DNA from: Eledone cirrhosa
Lineage: Eukaryota
Direction: 5' to 3'
Length of the DNA: 64,000 nt
NCBI GenBank assembly: GCA_964016885.1
Contig: OZ024746.1
Span: 12,834,001-12,898,000, forward strand
This document shows, piece after piece, positions 12,318 to 26,600 of the stretch (within the stretch, counting starts at the first letter, position 1; every line of letters begins with the position of its first letter). A model generated the notes under the pieces. The model had not been told where the DNA came from and did not search any database. It was given only the letters and a program-made list of their open reading frames with translations. The position numbers were made by a program, and so were the translations under genes.

Positions 12318-13252
12318 GCACTATTTACATTGTGCTATAAACTTCATATTAAAAAAAAAAGATTAGATAAATGGTGCTATATTAAAACCATTCAATGTTG
12401 GGGCCAGACACTCCCAAGGGTATGTACTGTCATATCTCCTGTTCATTATTTTCATGAACAGGATTGACATGCACAGCTAGATTGGGGGTAGTATCACGAC
12501 TAGCAGGTGTAAAATCAGTCGGATGGAATTTGCAGATGACATGGTGTTATTTAACTCGACAAAAGGTGATCTCTGACTTGCGCTTGATAGGTTTGATGCC
12601 GAGTGCTGCAAAAACTGAGGCGCTTGTCCTCTCAAGGAAGCCTGCACAGTACACTCTTCATGTGAATGGAGTTCCACTGAAGCATTTAGAGAAGTTCAAG
12701 TATCTTGAGGCTGTGTTCGTGAGTGCTTGAAGGCAAGAGGCTGTATTAAGTGCAAGAAATGCAGCAGTTGGTGCAGTAATGCACCAGATTCAGCATTCGG
12801 TAATCAGAAGGGGGGGGGGGTGTAAAAGCCAAACTCTATCTTCAATTCAATATTCAACCCTTACCTACGGTTGTGAATCTTGGCTAATGACTGAAAGAAT
12901 ACACTCGTGAAATAGGGTCCCTCCGAAGGGTCTTTGGAGTAACATTACTGAGATCAGAGTGTCACTAGGTAGAGCTGTTACTTCTCCGAATTGAGAGATC
13001 ACAGCTCCGATACTACAAGCATGTGATTAGAATGTCTCAGGAAATAATCACTGGACAGATTTTTACAGGCAAAACCAACTGGCAGGAGACCTCGAGCTAG
13101 ATGGTTGAATAACATCCATGGGCTTGGCTGGTTTCACCTAAGGATCCAGCCGGATCAGTTGGAGACAATTACTTCTGACTGGAGCCACTGGAAGGAGTGT
13201 TTAAGAACTCTGCCCCTCACGACCCTCTCAGGAATAAGTGGGAGAAGAAGAT
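12318..13252 (+). mobile_element. 5'-truncated RTE-clade LINE remnant
   Basis: QG..SPLLF-like and FADD-like motifs, KTEALVLSR...VPLKHLEKFKYL, GRPR..W C-terminal motif, (GAA)n tail; apparent TSD TGAAGTTTATA at 12307-12317 and 13253-13263. Confidence 0.8.
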
Positions 13253-13872
13253 TGAAGTTTATATATGACCAATGATATGTATAAAGACATGAAAACTGTG
13301 TTGTCATAAAAAATATTGCATCATGGTTTCAGGTATGATATTAAATTTTATATGAAGATGTGGCATTATCTGCAGTAAATATTTTCAAAATGTGATACCT
13401 GAAGTTTGATGTTTCGGATAAGTGGAGCAAGTTTTTAAAAATCAACTTTTTTATTTGTTGTATTTTTTGCATACCCAAATTGTAAAGGTTTGCTAAAAAC
13501 CGGTTATGCTTATAAATTCTATATTGATCCATACAACAATGAGCTGAGATGTTGTGTTGTTAGTCTAATAGAATGAGAAACTGCTGTTATGAGGAAGTTG
13601 TACCAATAATGTTGCAGTAAAATACACACCTCTCAAAAATTATTTCAAAAGTGTTCTGAAATAAAATCCAACATAAAATCAAAGTGTATCATTATAATGT
13701 TATTTAGATTGTGTTGGAAGCACCTACCAAACTGTTTCTTCACTCATGCGTCAACAGTTTCAATTAGGGATGCACCTAAGAAAATTTGCCTTGTCTTATC
13801 GGCCACTGGTTATCTATAACGTAATTATGTATTGATATGAAAATGCATATTATTTTTAATTGTAAGTAATGT

Positions 13873-13980
13873 ACTGTTCACTTTGTTGACATTTGTACAT
13901 TATTCTATGTACTGCACATGCACCTTTGATGAGTTGTACACCTGAGCACTGTACACAATAGTTTTCATTATTATTATTTA
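13873..13980 (+). mobile_element. CR1-type LINE 3' tail fragment
   Basis: Reverse complement of the 3' end of the LINE at 35476-35590 (gatgagttgt..cacctgagcactgtacacaa..(ATT)n). Confidence 0.75.
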
Positions 13981-14945
13981 TATTACACCCTATGAAGTGA
14001 TGTGTGATAGGAAGGGCATCCAGCTGTAGAAACCATGTATCAAGAACACGACAACCTCTCTAGTGTTGGTGACACAAAATATACCCAATACATTGTAAAG
14101 TGATAGGAAGGGTATCCATGATAGAACTGGCCAAACAAAGGATAGAAAAGGCTCTTCGGTTGTGCCAAAGACATGCTGGTCTCTAGTGTTGGTGCTACAA
14201 TAAAATCTATGGTTCACTCTGTAGAGTCCAAAGGTCAGTGGCCCTGATTGAATACTAATTTGGTGTGACAACCTATGCAACCCTTGCTAGCAAGAACATG
14301 TTAAATATAATATTATAATATTACATTATTAACCACAATTAGGTAGCTACTATTTGAAGGAACATGATAATTAAATTTCACACTAGAAATTAATGTTTTT
14401 TTGTTATTGTTTTTACTTTTTCATCATTCTGCATCTATCTAATACTACCTAGATTGTGTTTTCTCGTCCTTTGATTTTTCAAATCTCCAAGGAAAGTGTG
14501 TAGGGTGGGATGGTCTGCAAAGGCTGTAGGTATTCTCCTTTTGCTTAAGACAACAAAAACAAATTTGATGAGATATGGTTTTATAAGATAGTATTATCAA
14601 TTACAAAATATATCTGAAATAAAGAATTAACTGGCTTGAAACCACCCCTAGTCCTTACAAAAGTATTTATATTTATCTAAAATCTATCCATCGTAAATTT
14701 ATGTAAAAACTCTTGCAATGTTTTAAACAGCAGCTAAAACCTTTATTACAAAATCTTTCTTTATTATTTGAAAATTATTAACAATGTCTTAAAAATATGG
14801 TCATGGATTTTTTTTTTTTTTTTTTTTTTTGTTTTTTTTTGTTATGCATGATCTAATATAATGGGCTGAACATAAATTCACAGCAATATACAGTGTGATT
14901 AGGATGTAAATGTTAAAAAAATGTTAATTAAATAGTTCTACTCAC

Positions 14946-15023
14946 CTAAAGTTGCTACAATAAGGTCAAGCTGTCCACTATAAACTACAACTTTTAGATT
15001 GGTGGAACGGATCAATTCATTGA
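14946..15023 (-). CDS. SCPEP1: SCPEP1-like exon with catalytic Asp
   Basis: ctatttag/GTGAGT; 78 nt, (V)NELIRSTNLKVVVYSGQLDLIVATL. Confidence 0.94.
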
Positions 15024-16081
15024 CTAAATAGAGAAAATAGTTTCAGGTGGTATGGTATGTGATAGGAATTTGAGACGAGTAAAAAATGCTAGCGTGGAAG
15101 ATGGACGTTAAACGAAGAAGATGATGATGATGATGATGAAAAGCTTACTGACTAGATTCGAATAATGTATCTATCAATACCTACATTTAATGGATCTCTG
15201 TTTTAACAATATTCAATCAACTGAACAACCTGCTCAAGAAATTTATGTGTGTCTGAACATTCCACAGTCGCTTGTACCTTTAATGTAATTCTCTGAGATT
15301 CAGTGTGACAAGGTTGGCCTTTCTTTACATCTACAATCTATCCAACTGCTATAAAACATAATATTGGCAAGAAATCTAAGTTTTAAATTAGTTGTTTCTT
15401 AAAACTAATAGTTATAATCCAGAAAATTATGGTTGAAAATAAATGATACTTCTTAATTTTTTTCTCAGCTGTTTTTTTTTTTTTTAATTTTATTTTATTG
15501 TTGAGTATTGTTCATGCCAGTTTCAGGATCTCATTAGAAATATTACAGTAAAGTGCCTAGTTCTGAATTGTAAGAAAACCTTCATTAATTATACAGTGGA
15601 TCTGCTGCCTGCAATAGTGAGCTTTCTTTACATATCTATATCCTGAATGCTATCAGATTAACTAAGAATTAAATGTCTTGCTCATGTAAATGTTACAATA
15701 TTTGCATTGTCTTTTAGTAGGCAAGGTAAATGGCTGTTACATCTTGGTGTTTCTAGCCACAGCAGGCATTAGTTGATGTATGCAGGAGAGATGACAGTGT
15801 AAGTATGGATGTAATGTGTACAGGTAAGGGTACTCATTGTAGAAGTGGCTGGAAATAATGATGATTGGTTATCATGACAAAGGGTTGAGATGAGAGCAGT
15901 AATATGCTGTATGGCTGAGCTGCCCAATCCTAGCTGATTTAACAAAATATAACCTTTTTGATACCAACCTGCTCAAAACTGCCTCTGGTTCTATCAATTA
16001 GAACCACCTACTTCAAAGGGTTTCTGTTTAAATTAAAACCATCTAACATAATTTTATTTTTGTTATATTACAGATAGTATT

Positions 16082-16237
16082 TTAACCCTTTAGCATTTAA
16101 ACTGGCCAGAATTCTCTCATCTCTTTCTGTTATCGGTCAATCATATTCAATATTATGTGAGATAATTATGTAAGATAAAGCCTTTACCACAAAAATACAA
16201 AAGTATATACAGAGTTATGTGAATACTAAAGGGTTAA
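16082..16237. mobile_element. piggyBac-type MITE
   Basis: TTAA-CCCTTTAG ... CTAAAGGG-TTAA; related inverted copy at 34417-34607. Confidence 0.75.
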
Positions 16238-16345
16238 TGATGAAATAATTAACAACTTTATTAATTCCCTCCAAATTCTTCAATAACTAATTCAAATAGT
16301 ATATTTCATGAAAGTGTTAAAATGATAAAATAAGTTTTAACATAC

Positions 16346-16408
16346 CAACTTTAGTTTCAGGTTTCATAAATTCACCAGCTTGTTTTGCAAAAACTTTTCT
16401 AGATTGAC
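16346..16408 (-). CDS. SCPEP1: SCPEP1-like exon
   Basis: aattacag/GTATGT; 63 nt, (S)QSRKVFAKQAGEFMKPETKV; phase 1-1. Confidence 0.9.
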
Positions 16409-17628
16409 CTGTAATTAAAGAGGAAAAGTGTTATGTATATATTTTAAAAAAATTAAAAAAACATTTTTCTACTCTGACAGCTTCCAGTTTGAAAATGTAC
16501 AATACCTCAGTTTCCAAGCTAGAACTTATTATAATAAATAGCACATATTTGTTGTCAACAGAATCTTGACTATTATGCTAGCTTGTATTTAAGTTCTATC
16601 ATTGACATTGTTCAGAAAGAGGAGTCTGTTACTTTTGATCTTATTTGCCACTGGATAATTAGATTCAACAAACTAGTTTGGGTAAATTAATTTTAATTTG
16701 TTGCAGTACTGTGCTTCAAACTAAAATACAAGTAGAAATGGAAAGTGTAGTTTTGTAGAGTAATTGACATTGTTTTCAGTGATATCTAGAAAGTGAGATA
16801 CAGTCGGGATCAGGATTAGAAGTGGCAATTTCTGGAAGTAGAGGCCTCAATAAAAGATAGATAATATATTTTAATAGTAGTTGAATGCTTACAGATTGGT
16901 AAGTAAAGATTTCCTCATCACATGTGGACAGAGTTGTTTTTCCTTTGATATAATTGAAAATACTGTATGTGTAATGCTAATTTTCATGAGACAGCACAAG
17001 CTGAAAGAATGATTGGGCACCAAAGACAATTTTATATGTGCAAGGGAGACCAATGATTTTAATGTGGTGCATATGGACAGTATGTACTCACAAGTGAAAG
17101 TGATGAGGTCACATCCCAAGATGTGATAGAAGACCAGCAGATCTCACCACTTCTTTGGTTTTTTTACGTGAAAGATGTATTAACTTGTCACATTTTCATT
17201 TCACCTGATACGGCCAAAAGGATTTCCGAGTTCTTAGAGATGGGATGTGGGTGTACATGTACAACAAAGGAACTTGCAGCTGCATCATGACAACACCCTG
17301 GCTCATTCATTGCAGCTGATCCAGAGTTTCTTGCTAAAGAAAGGCATTTCACTCATTTGCCGGACTCACTACTGACATGGTTCTTGACTTCTGGTTTTTC
17401 TCAAGAATGAAGATACCACTGAAAGATTCCCACTCTGAGAGCTACAAGGACACCATATGGACTGCAGTGGGGGAGCTGAGAGCCATTCTTTAACACATTT
17501 TATGCCATTTAGTTTGTAAATACCATATTTACTGTCTTGCTACACTTTGGCTCAAGGTGCACACTCAATAAATGATTCAAAGACACCATTTTCATGAAAA
17601 ACAAAAGAACTAAATGAAGGATGAAATC

Positions 17629-20600
17629 CAGCATAGTATGTGAAGGGGTGAAAGGTAAGGTGAACTACAGCATAGTATGTGAAAGGTAAGGTGAACTACA
17701 GCATAGTATGTGAAGGGGTGAAAGGTAAGGTGAACTACAGCATAGTATGTGAAGGGGTGAAAGGTAAGGTGAACTACAGCATAGTATGTGAAAGGTAAGG
17801 TGAACAACAGCATAGTATGTGAAGGGGGTGAAAGGTAAGGTGAACTACAGCATAGTATGTGAAAGGTAAGGTGAACTACAGCATAGTATGTGAAGGGGTG
17901 AAAGGTAAGGTGAACAACAGCATAGTATGTGAAGGGGTGAACTACAGCATAGTATGTGAAAGGTAAGGTCAACTACAGCATAGTATGTGAAGGGGTGAAA
18001 GGTAAGGTGAACTACAGCATAGTATGTGAAAGGTAAGGTCAACTACAACATAGTATGTGAAGGGGGTGAAAGGTAAGGTGAACAACAGCATAGTATGTGA
18101 AAGGTAAGGTGAACAACAGCATAGTATGTGAAGGGGTGAAAGGTAAGGTCAACTACAGCATAGTATGTGAAGGGGGTGAAAGGTAAGGTGAACTACAGCA
18201 TAGTATGTGAAGGGGTGAAAGGTAAGGTGAACTACAGCATAGTATGGGAAGGGGTGAACTACAGCATAGTATGTGAAGGGGTGAAAGGTAAGGTCAACTA
18301 CAGCATAGTATGGGAAGGGGTGAAAGGTAAGGTGAACTACAGCATAGTATGTGAAAGGGTGAAAGGTAAGGTGAACTACAGCATAGTATGTGAAGGGGTG
18401 AAAGGTAAGGTGAACTACAGCATAGTATGTGAAGGGGTGAAAGGTAAGGTGAACTACAGCATAGTATGTGAAGGGGTGAAAGGTAAGGTGAACTACAGCA
18501 TAGTATGTGAAGGGGTGAAAGGTAAGGTGAACTACAGCATAGTATGTGAAGGGGTGAAAGGTAAGGTGAACAACAGCATAGTATGTGAAGGGGGTGAACT
18601 ACAGCATAGTATGTGAAGGGGTGAAAGGTAAGGTGAACAACAGCATAGTATGTGAACGGGTGAAAGGTAAGGTGAACAACAGCATAGTATGTGAAGGGGG
18701 TGAAAGGTAAGGTGAACAACAGCATAGTATGTGAAGGGATGAAAGGTAAGGTGAACTACAGCATAGTATGTGAAGGGGTGAAAGGTAAGGTGAACTACAG
18801 CATAGTATGTGAAGGGGTGAAAGGTAAGGTGAACTACAGCATAGTATGTGAAAGGTAAGGTGAACAACAGCATAGTATGTGAAGGGGTGAAAGGTAAGGT
18901 GAACTACAGCATAGTATGTGAAGGGGTGAAAGGTAAGGTGAACAACAGCATAGTATGTGAAGGGGTGAAAGGTAAGGTGAACAACAGCATAGTATGTGAA
19001 GGGGTGAAAGGTAAGGTGAACAACAGCATAGTATGTGAAGGGGTGAAAGGTAAGGTGAACTACAGCATAGTATGTGAAGGGGTGAAAGGTAAGGTGAACA
19101 ACAGCATAGTATGTGAAGGGATGAAAGGTAAGGTGAACTACAGCATAGTATGTGAAGGGGTGAAAGGTAAGGTGAACTACAGCATAGTATGTGAAGGGGT
19201 GAAAGGTAAGGTGAACTACAGCATAGTATGTGAAAGGTAAGGTGAACAACAGCATAGTATGTGAAGGGGTGAAAGGTAAGGTCAACTACAGCATAGTATG
19301 TGAAGGGGGTGAAAGGTAAGGTGAACTACAGCATAGTATGTGAAGGGGTGAAAGGTAAGGTGAACTACAGCATAGTATGGGAAGGGGTGAACTACAGCAT
19401 AGTATGTGAAGGGGTGAAAGGTAAGGTGAACTACAGCATAGTATGTGAAGGGGTGAAAGGTAAGGTGAACAACAGCATAGTATGTGAAGGGGGTGAAAGG
19501 TAAGGTGAACAACAGCATAGTATGTGAAGGGGGTGAAAGGTAAGGTGAACTACAGCATAGTATGTGAAGGGGTGAAAGGTAAGGTGAACAACAGCATAGT
19601 ATGTGAAGGGGTGAAAGGTAAGGTGAACAACAGCATAGTATGTGAAGGGGTGAAAGGTAAGGTGAACAACAGCATAGTATGTGAAGGGATGAAAGGTAAG
19701 GTGAACTACAGCATAGTATGTGAAGGGGTGAAAGGTAAGGTGAACTACAGCATAGTATGTGAAGGGGTGAAAGGTAAGGTGAACTACAGCATAGTATGTG
19801 AAGGGGGTGAAAGGTAAGGTCAACTACAGCATAGTATGTGAAGGGGGTGAAAGGTAAGGTCAACTACAGCATAGTATGTGAAGGGGGTGAAAGGTAAGGT
19901 GAACTACAGCATAGTATGTGAAGGGGGTGAAAGGTAAGGTCAACTACAGCATAGTATGTGAAGGGGGTGAAAGGTAAGGTGAACTACAGCATAGTATGTG
20001 AAGGGGTGAAAGGTAAGGTCAACTACAGCATAGTATGTGAAGGGGGTGAACTACAGCATAGTATGTGAAGGGGTGAAAGGTAAGGTGAACTACAGCATAG
20101 TATGTGAAGGGGGTGAAAGGTAAGGTCAACTACAGCATAGTATGTGAAGGGGGTGAAAGGTAAGGTCAACTACAGCATAGTATGTGAAGGGGGTGAAAGG
20201 TAAGGTGAACTACAGCATAGTATGTGAAGGGGGTGAAAGGTAAGGTCAACTACAGCATAGTATGTGAAGGGGTGAAAGGTAAGGTCAACTACAGCATAGT
20301 ATGTGAAGGGGGTGAAAGGTAAGGTGAACTACAGCATAGTATGTGAAAGGTAAGGTGAACAACAGCATAGTATGTGAAGGGGTGAAAGGTAAGGTCAACT
20401 ACAGCATAGTATGTGAAGGGGGTGAAAGGTAAGGTGAACTACAGCATAGTATGTGAAGGGGGTGAAAGGTAAGGTGAACAACAGCATAGTATGTGAAGGG
20501 GTGAAAGGTAAGGTCAACTACAGCATAGTATGTGAAGGGGGTGAAAGGTAAGGTCAACTACAGCATAGTATGTGAAGGGGGTGAAAGGTAAGGTGAACAA

Positions 20601-23600
20601 CAGCATAGTATGTGAAGGGGTGAAAGGTAAGGTCAACTACAGCATAGTATGTGAAGGGGGTGAAAGGTAAGGTCAACTACAGCATAGTATGTGAAGGGGG
20701 TGAAAGGTAAGGTCAACTACAGCATAGTATGTGAAGGGGGTGAAAGGTAAGGTCAACTACAGCATAGTATGTGAAGGGGTGAAAGGTAAGGTCAACTACA
20801 GCATAGTATGTGAAGGGGGTGAAAGGTAAGGTGAACTACAGCATAGTATGTGAAAGGTAAGGTGAACAACAGCATAGTATGTGAAGGGGTGAAAGGTAAG
20901 GTCAACTACAGCATAGTATGTGAAGGGGGTGAAAGGTAAGGTGAACTACAGCATAGTATGTGAAGGGGTGAAAGGTAAGGTGAACTACAGCATAGTATGT
21001 GAAGGGGGTGAAAGGTAAGGTCAACTACAGCATAGTATGTGAAGGGGGTGAAAGGTAAGGTCAACTACAGCATAGTATGTGAAGGGGGTGAAAGGTAAGG
21101 TGAACTACAGCATAGTATGTGAAGGGGGTGAAAGGTAAGGTCAACTACAGCATAGTATGTGAAGGGGTGAAAGGTAAGGTCAACTACAGCATAGTATGTG
21201 AAGGGGGTGAAAGGTAAGGTGAACTACAGCATAGTATGTGAAAGGTAAGGTGAACAACAGCATAGTATGTGAAGGGGTGAAAGGTAAGGTCAACTACAGC
21301 ATAGTATGTGAAGGGGGTGAAAGGTAAGGTGAACTACAGCATAGTATGTGAAGGGGGTGAAAGGTAAGGTGAACAACAGCATAGTATGTGAAGGGGTGAA
21401 AGGTAAGGTCAACTACAGCATAGTATGTGAAGGGGGTGAAAGGTAAGGTCAACTACAGCATAGTATGTGAAGGGGGTGAAAGGTAAGGTGAACTACAGCA
21501 TAGTATGTGAAGGGGGTGAAAGGTAAGGTCAACTACAGCATAGTATGTGAAGGGGTGAAAGGTAAGGTCAACTACAGCATAGTATGTGAAGGGGTGAAAG
21601 GTAAGGTCAACTACAGCATAGTATGTGAAGGGGTGAAAGGTAAGGTCAACTACAGCATAGTATGTGAAGGGGGTGAAAGGTAAGGTCAACTACAGCATAG
21701 TATGTGAAGGGGTGAAAGGTAAGGTCAACTACAGCATAGTATGTGAAGGGGTGAAAGGTAAGGTCAACTACAGCATAGTATGTGAAGGGGTGAAAGGTAA
21801 GGTCAACTACAGCATAGTATGTGAAGGGGGTGAAAGGTAAGGTGAACTACAGCATAGTATGTGAAAGGTAAGGTGAACAACAGCATAGTATGTGAAGGGG
21901 TGAAAGGTAAGGTCAACTACAGCATAGTATGTGAAGGGGTGAAAGGTAAGGTGAACAACAGCATAGTATGTGAAGGGCTGAAAGGTAAGGTCAACTACAG
22001 CATAGTATGTGAAGGGGGTGAAAGGTAAGGTCAACTACAGCATAGTATGTGAAGGGGGTGAAAGGTAAGGTCAACAACAGCATAGTATGTGAAGGGCTGA
22101 AAGGTAAGGTCAACTACAGCATAGTATGTGAAGGGGGTGAAAGGTAAGGTGAACTACAGCATAGTATGTGAAGGGGTGAAAGGTAAGGTGAACTACAGCA
22201 TAGTATGTGAAAGGTAAGGTGAACAACAGCATAGTATGTGAAGGGGTGAAAGGTAAGGTCAACTACAGCATAGTATGTGAAGGGGGTGAAAGGTAAGGTG
22301 AACTACAGCATAGTATGTGAAGGGGTGAAAGGTAAGGTCAACTACAGCATAGTATGTGAAGGGGGTGAAAGGTAAGGTGAACTACAGCATAGTATGTGAA
22401 GGGGGTGAAAGGTAAGGTGAACTACAGCATAGTATGTGAAGGGGGTGAAAGGTAAGGTGAACTACAGCATAGTATGTGAAAGGTAAGGTGAACAACAGCA
22501 TAGTATGTGAAGGGGTGAAAGGTAAGGTCAACTACAGCATAGTATGTGAAGGGGGTGAAAGGTAAGGTGAACTACAGCATAGTATGTGAAGGGGTGAAAG
22601 GTAAGGTGAACTACAGCATAGTATGTGAAGGGGGTGAAAGGTAAGGTCAACTACAGCATAGTATGTGAAGGGGGTGAAAGGTAAGGTCAACTACAGCATA
22701 GTATGTGAAGGGGGTGAAAGGTAAGGTGAACTACAGCATAGTATGTGAAGGGGGTGAAAGGTAAGGTCAACTACAGCATAGTATGTGAAGGGGGTGAAAG
22801 GTAAGGTCAACTACAGCATAGTATGTGAAGGGGGTGAAAGGTAAGGTGAACTACAGCATAGTATGTGAAGGGGTGAAAGGTAAGGTGAACTACAGCATAG
22901 TATGTGAAGGGGTGAAAGGTAAGGTGAACTAGAGCATAGTATGTGAAGGGGGTGAAAGGTAAGGTGAACTACAGCATAGTATGTGAAGGGGTGAAAGGTA
23001 AGGTGAACTACAGCATAGTATGTGAAGGGGTGAAAGGTAAGGTGAACTACAGCATAGTATGTGAAGGGGTGAAAGGTAAGGTGAACTACAGCATAGTATG
23101 TGAAGGGGTGAAAGGTAAGGTGAACTACAGCATAGTATGTGAAGGGGGTGAAAGGTAAGGTGAACTACAGCATAGTATGTGAAGGGGTGAAAGGTAAGGT
23201 GAACTACAGCATAGTATGTGAAGGGGTGAAAGGTAAGGTGAACTACAGCATAGTATGTGAAGGGGTGAAAGGTAAGGTGAACTAGAGCATAGTATGTGAA
23301 GGGGGTGAAAGGTAAGGTGAACTACAGCATAGTATGTGAAGGGGTGAAAGGTAAGGTGAACAACAGCATAGTATGTGAAGGGGTGAAAGGTAAGGTGAAC
23401 AACAGCATGGTATGTGAAGGGGTGAAAGGTAAGGTGAACTACAGCATAGTATGTGAAGGGGTGAACAACAGCATAGTATGTGAAGGGGTGAAAGGTAAGG
23501 TGAACAACAGCATAGTATGTGAAGGGGTGAAAGGTAAGGTGAACAACAGCATAGTATGTGAAGGGGTGAAAGGTAAGGTGAACAACAGCATAGTATGTGA

Positions 23601-26600
23601 AGGGGTGAACAACAGCATAGTATGTGAAAGGGTGAAAGGTAAGGTGAACAACAGCATAGTATGTGAAGGGGTGAACAACAGCATAGTATGTGAAAGGGTG
23701 AAAGGTAAGGTGAACTACAGCATAGTATGTGAAGGGGTGAACAACAGCATAGTATGTGAAAGGGTGAAAGGTAAGGTGAACAACAGCATAGTATGTGAAG
23801 GGGTGAACAACAGCATAGTATGTGAAAGGGTGAAAGGTAAGGTGAACAACAGCATAGTATGTGAAGGGGTGAAAGGTAAGGTGAACAACAGCATAGTATG
23901 TGAAGGGGTGAAAGGTAAGGTGAACTACAGCATAGTATGTGAAGGGGTGAACAACAGCATAGTATGTGAAGGGCTGAAAGGTAAGGTGAACAACAGCATA
24001 GTATGTGAAGGGGTGAAAGGTAAGGTGAACAACAGCATAGTATGTGAAGGGGTGAAAGGTAAGGTGAACAACAGCATAGTATGTGAAGGGGTGAAAGGTA
24101 AGGTGAACAACAGCATAGTATGTGAAGGTTTGAAAGGTAAGGTGAACAACAGCATAGTATGTGAAGGGGTGAAAGGTAAGGCGAACAACAGCATAGTATG
24201 TGAAGGGGTGAAAGGTAAGGTGAACTACAGCATAGTATGTGAAGGGGGTGAAAGGTAAGGTCAACTACAGCATAGTATGTGAAGGGGGTGAAAGGTAAGG
24301 TGAACTACAGCATAGTATGTGAAGGGGGTGAAAGGTAAGGTGAACTACAGCATAGTATGTGAAGGGGGTGAAAGGTAAGGTGAACTACAGCATAGTATGT
24401 GAAGGGGGTGAAAGGTAAGGTCAACTACAGCATAGTATGTGAAGGGGTGAAAGGTAAGGTCAACTACAGCATAGTATGTGAAGGGGGGAAAGGTAAGGTG
24501 AACTACAGCATAGTATGTGAAGGGGTGAAAGGTAAGGTGAACAACAGCATAGTATGTGAAGGGGTGAAAGGTAAGGTCAACTACAGCATAGTATGTGAAG
24601 GGGTGAAAGGTAAGGTGAACTACAGCATAGTATGGGAAGGGGTGAAAGGTAAGGTGAACTACAGCATAGTATGTGAAGGGGGTGAAAGGTAAGGTGAACT
24701 ACAGCATAGTATGTGAAGGGGTGAAAGGTAAGGTGAACTACAGCATAGTATGTGAAGGGGTGAAAGGTAAGGTGAACAACAGCATAGTATGTGAAGGGGT
24801 GAAAGGTAAGGTGAACAACAGCATAGTATGTGAAGGGGTGAAAGGTAAGGTCAACTACAGCATAGTATGTGAAGGGGTGAAAGGTAAGGTGAACTACAGC
24901 ATAGTATGGGAAGGGGTGAAAGGTAAGGTGAACTACAGCATAGTATGTGAAGGGGGTGAAAGGTAAGGTGAACTACAGCATAGTATGTGAAAGGTAAGGT
25001 GAACAACAGCATAGTATGTGAAGGGGGTGAAAGGTAAGGTGAACTACAGCATAGTATGTGAAAGGTAAGGTGAACTACAGCATAGTATGTGAAGGGGTGA
25101 AAGGTAAGGTCAACTACAGCATAGTATGTGAAGGGGTGAAAGGTAAGGTCAACTACAACATAGTATGTGAAGGGGTGAAAGGTAAGGTCAACTACAACAT
25201 AGTATGTGAAGGGGGTGAAAGGTAAGGTGAACTACAGCATAGTATGGGAAGGGGTGAACTACAGCATAGTATGTGAAGGGGTGAAAGGTAAGGTGAACTA
25301 CAGCATAGTATGTGAAGGGGGTGAAAGGTAAGGTGAACTACAGCATAGTATGTGAAGGGGTGAAAGGTAAGGTGAACTACAGCATAGTATGTGAAGGGGT
25401 GAAAGGTAAGGTGAACAACAGCATAGTATGTGAAGGGGTGAAAGGTAAGGTGAACTACAGCATAGTATGTGAAGGGGTGAAAGGTAAGGTCAACTACAGC
25501 ATAGTATGTGAAGGGGTGAAAGGTAAGGTCAACTACAGCATAGTATGTGAAGGGGTGAAAGGTAAGGTCAACTACAGCATAGTATGTGAAGGGGTGAAAG
25601 GTAAGGTGAACAACAGCATAGTATGTGAAGGGGTGAAAGGTAAGGTCAACTACAGCATAGTATGTGAAGGGGGTGAAAGGTAAGGTGAACTAGAGCATAG
25701 TATGGGAAGGGGTGAAAGGTAAGGTGAACTACAGCATAGTATGTGAAGGGGTGAAAGGTAAGGTGAACTACAGCATAGTATGTGAAGGGGGTGAAAGGTA
25801 AGGTGAACTACAGCATAGTATGTGAAGGGGGTGAAAGGTAAGGTGAACTACAGCATAGTATGTGAAGGGGGTGAAAGGTAAGGTGAACTACAGCATAGTA
25901 TGTGAAGGGGGTGAAAGGTAAGGTGAACTACAGCATAGTATGTGAAGGGGGTGAAAGGTAAGGTGAACTACAGCATAGTATGTGAAGGGGTGAAAGGTAA
26001 GGTGAACTACAGCATAGTATGTGAAGGGGTGAAAGGTAAGGTGAACTACAGCATAGTATGTGAAGGGGTGAAAGGTAAGGTGAACTACAGCATAGTATGT
26101 GAAGGGGTGAAAGGTAAGGTGAACTACAGCATAGTATGTGAAGGGGTGAAAGGTAAGGTCAACTACAGCATAGTATGTGAAGGGGTGAAAGGTAAGGTCA
26201 ACTACAGCATAGTATGTGAAGGGGTGAAAGGTAAGGTCAACTACAGCATAGTATGTGAAGGGGTGAAAGGTAAGGTCAACTACAGCATAGTATGTGAAGG
26301 GGGTGAAAGGTAAGGTCAACTACAGCATAGTATGTGAAGGGGTGAAAGGTAAGGTGAACTACAGCATAGTATGTGAAGGGGTGAAAGGTAAGGTCAACTA
26401 CAGCATAGTATGTGAAGGGGTGAAAGGTAAGGTCAACTACAGCATAGTATGTGAAGGGGGTGAAAGGTAAGGTCAACTACAGCATAGTATGTGAAGGGGT
26501 GAAAGGTAAGGTCAACTACAGCATAGTATGTGAAGGGGTGAAAGGTAAGGTCAACTACAGCATAGTATGTGAAGGGGTGAAAGGTAAGGTCAACTACAGC

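Noticed and set aside
16790-17575. GC-richer segments that may be very old LINE remnants (also 41100-41420 and 62200-62720)
   Set aside because: No motif clear enough to support a call by eye; would need a profile search.
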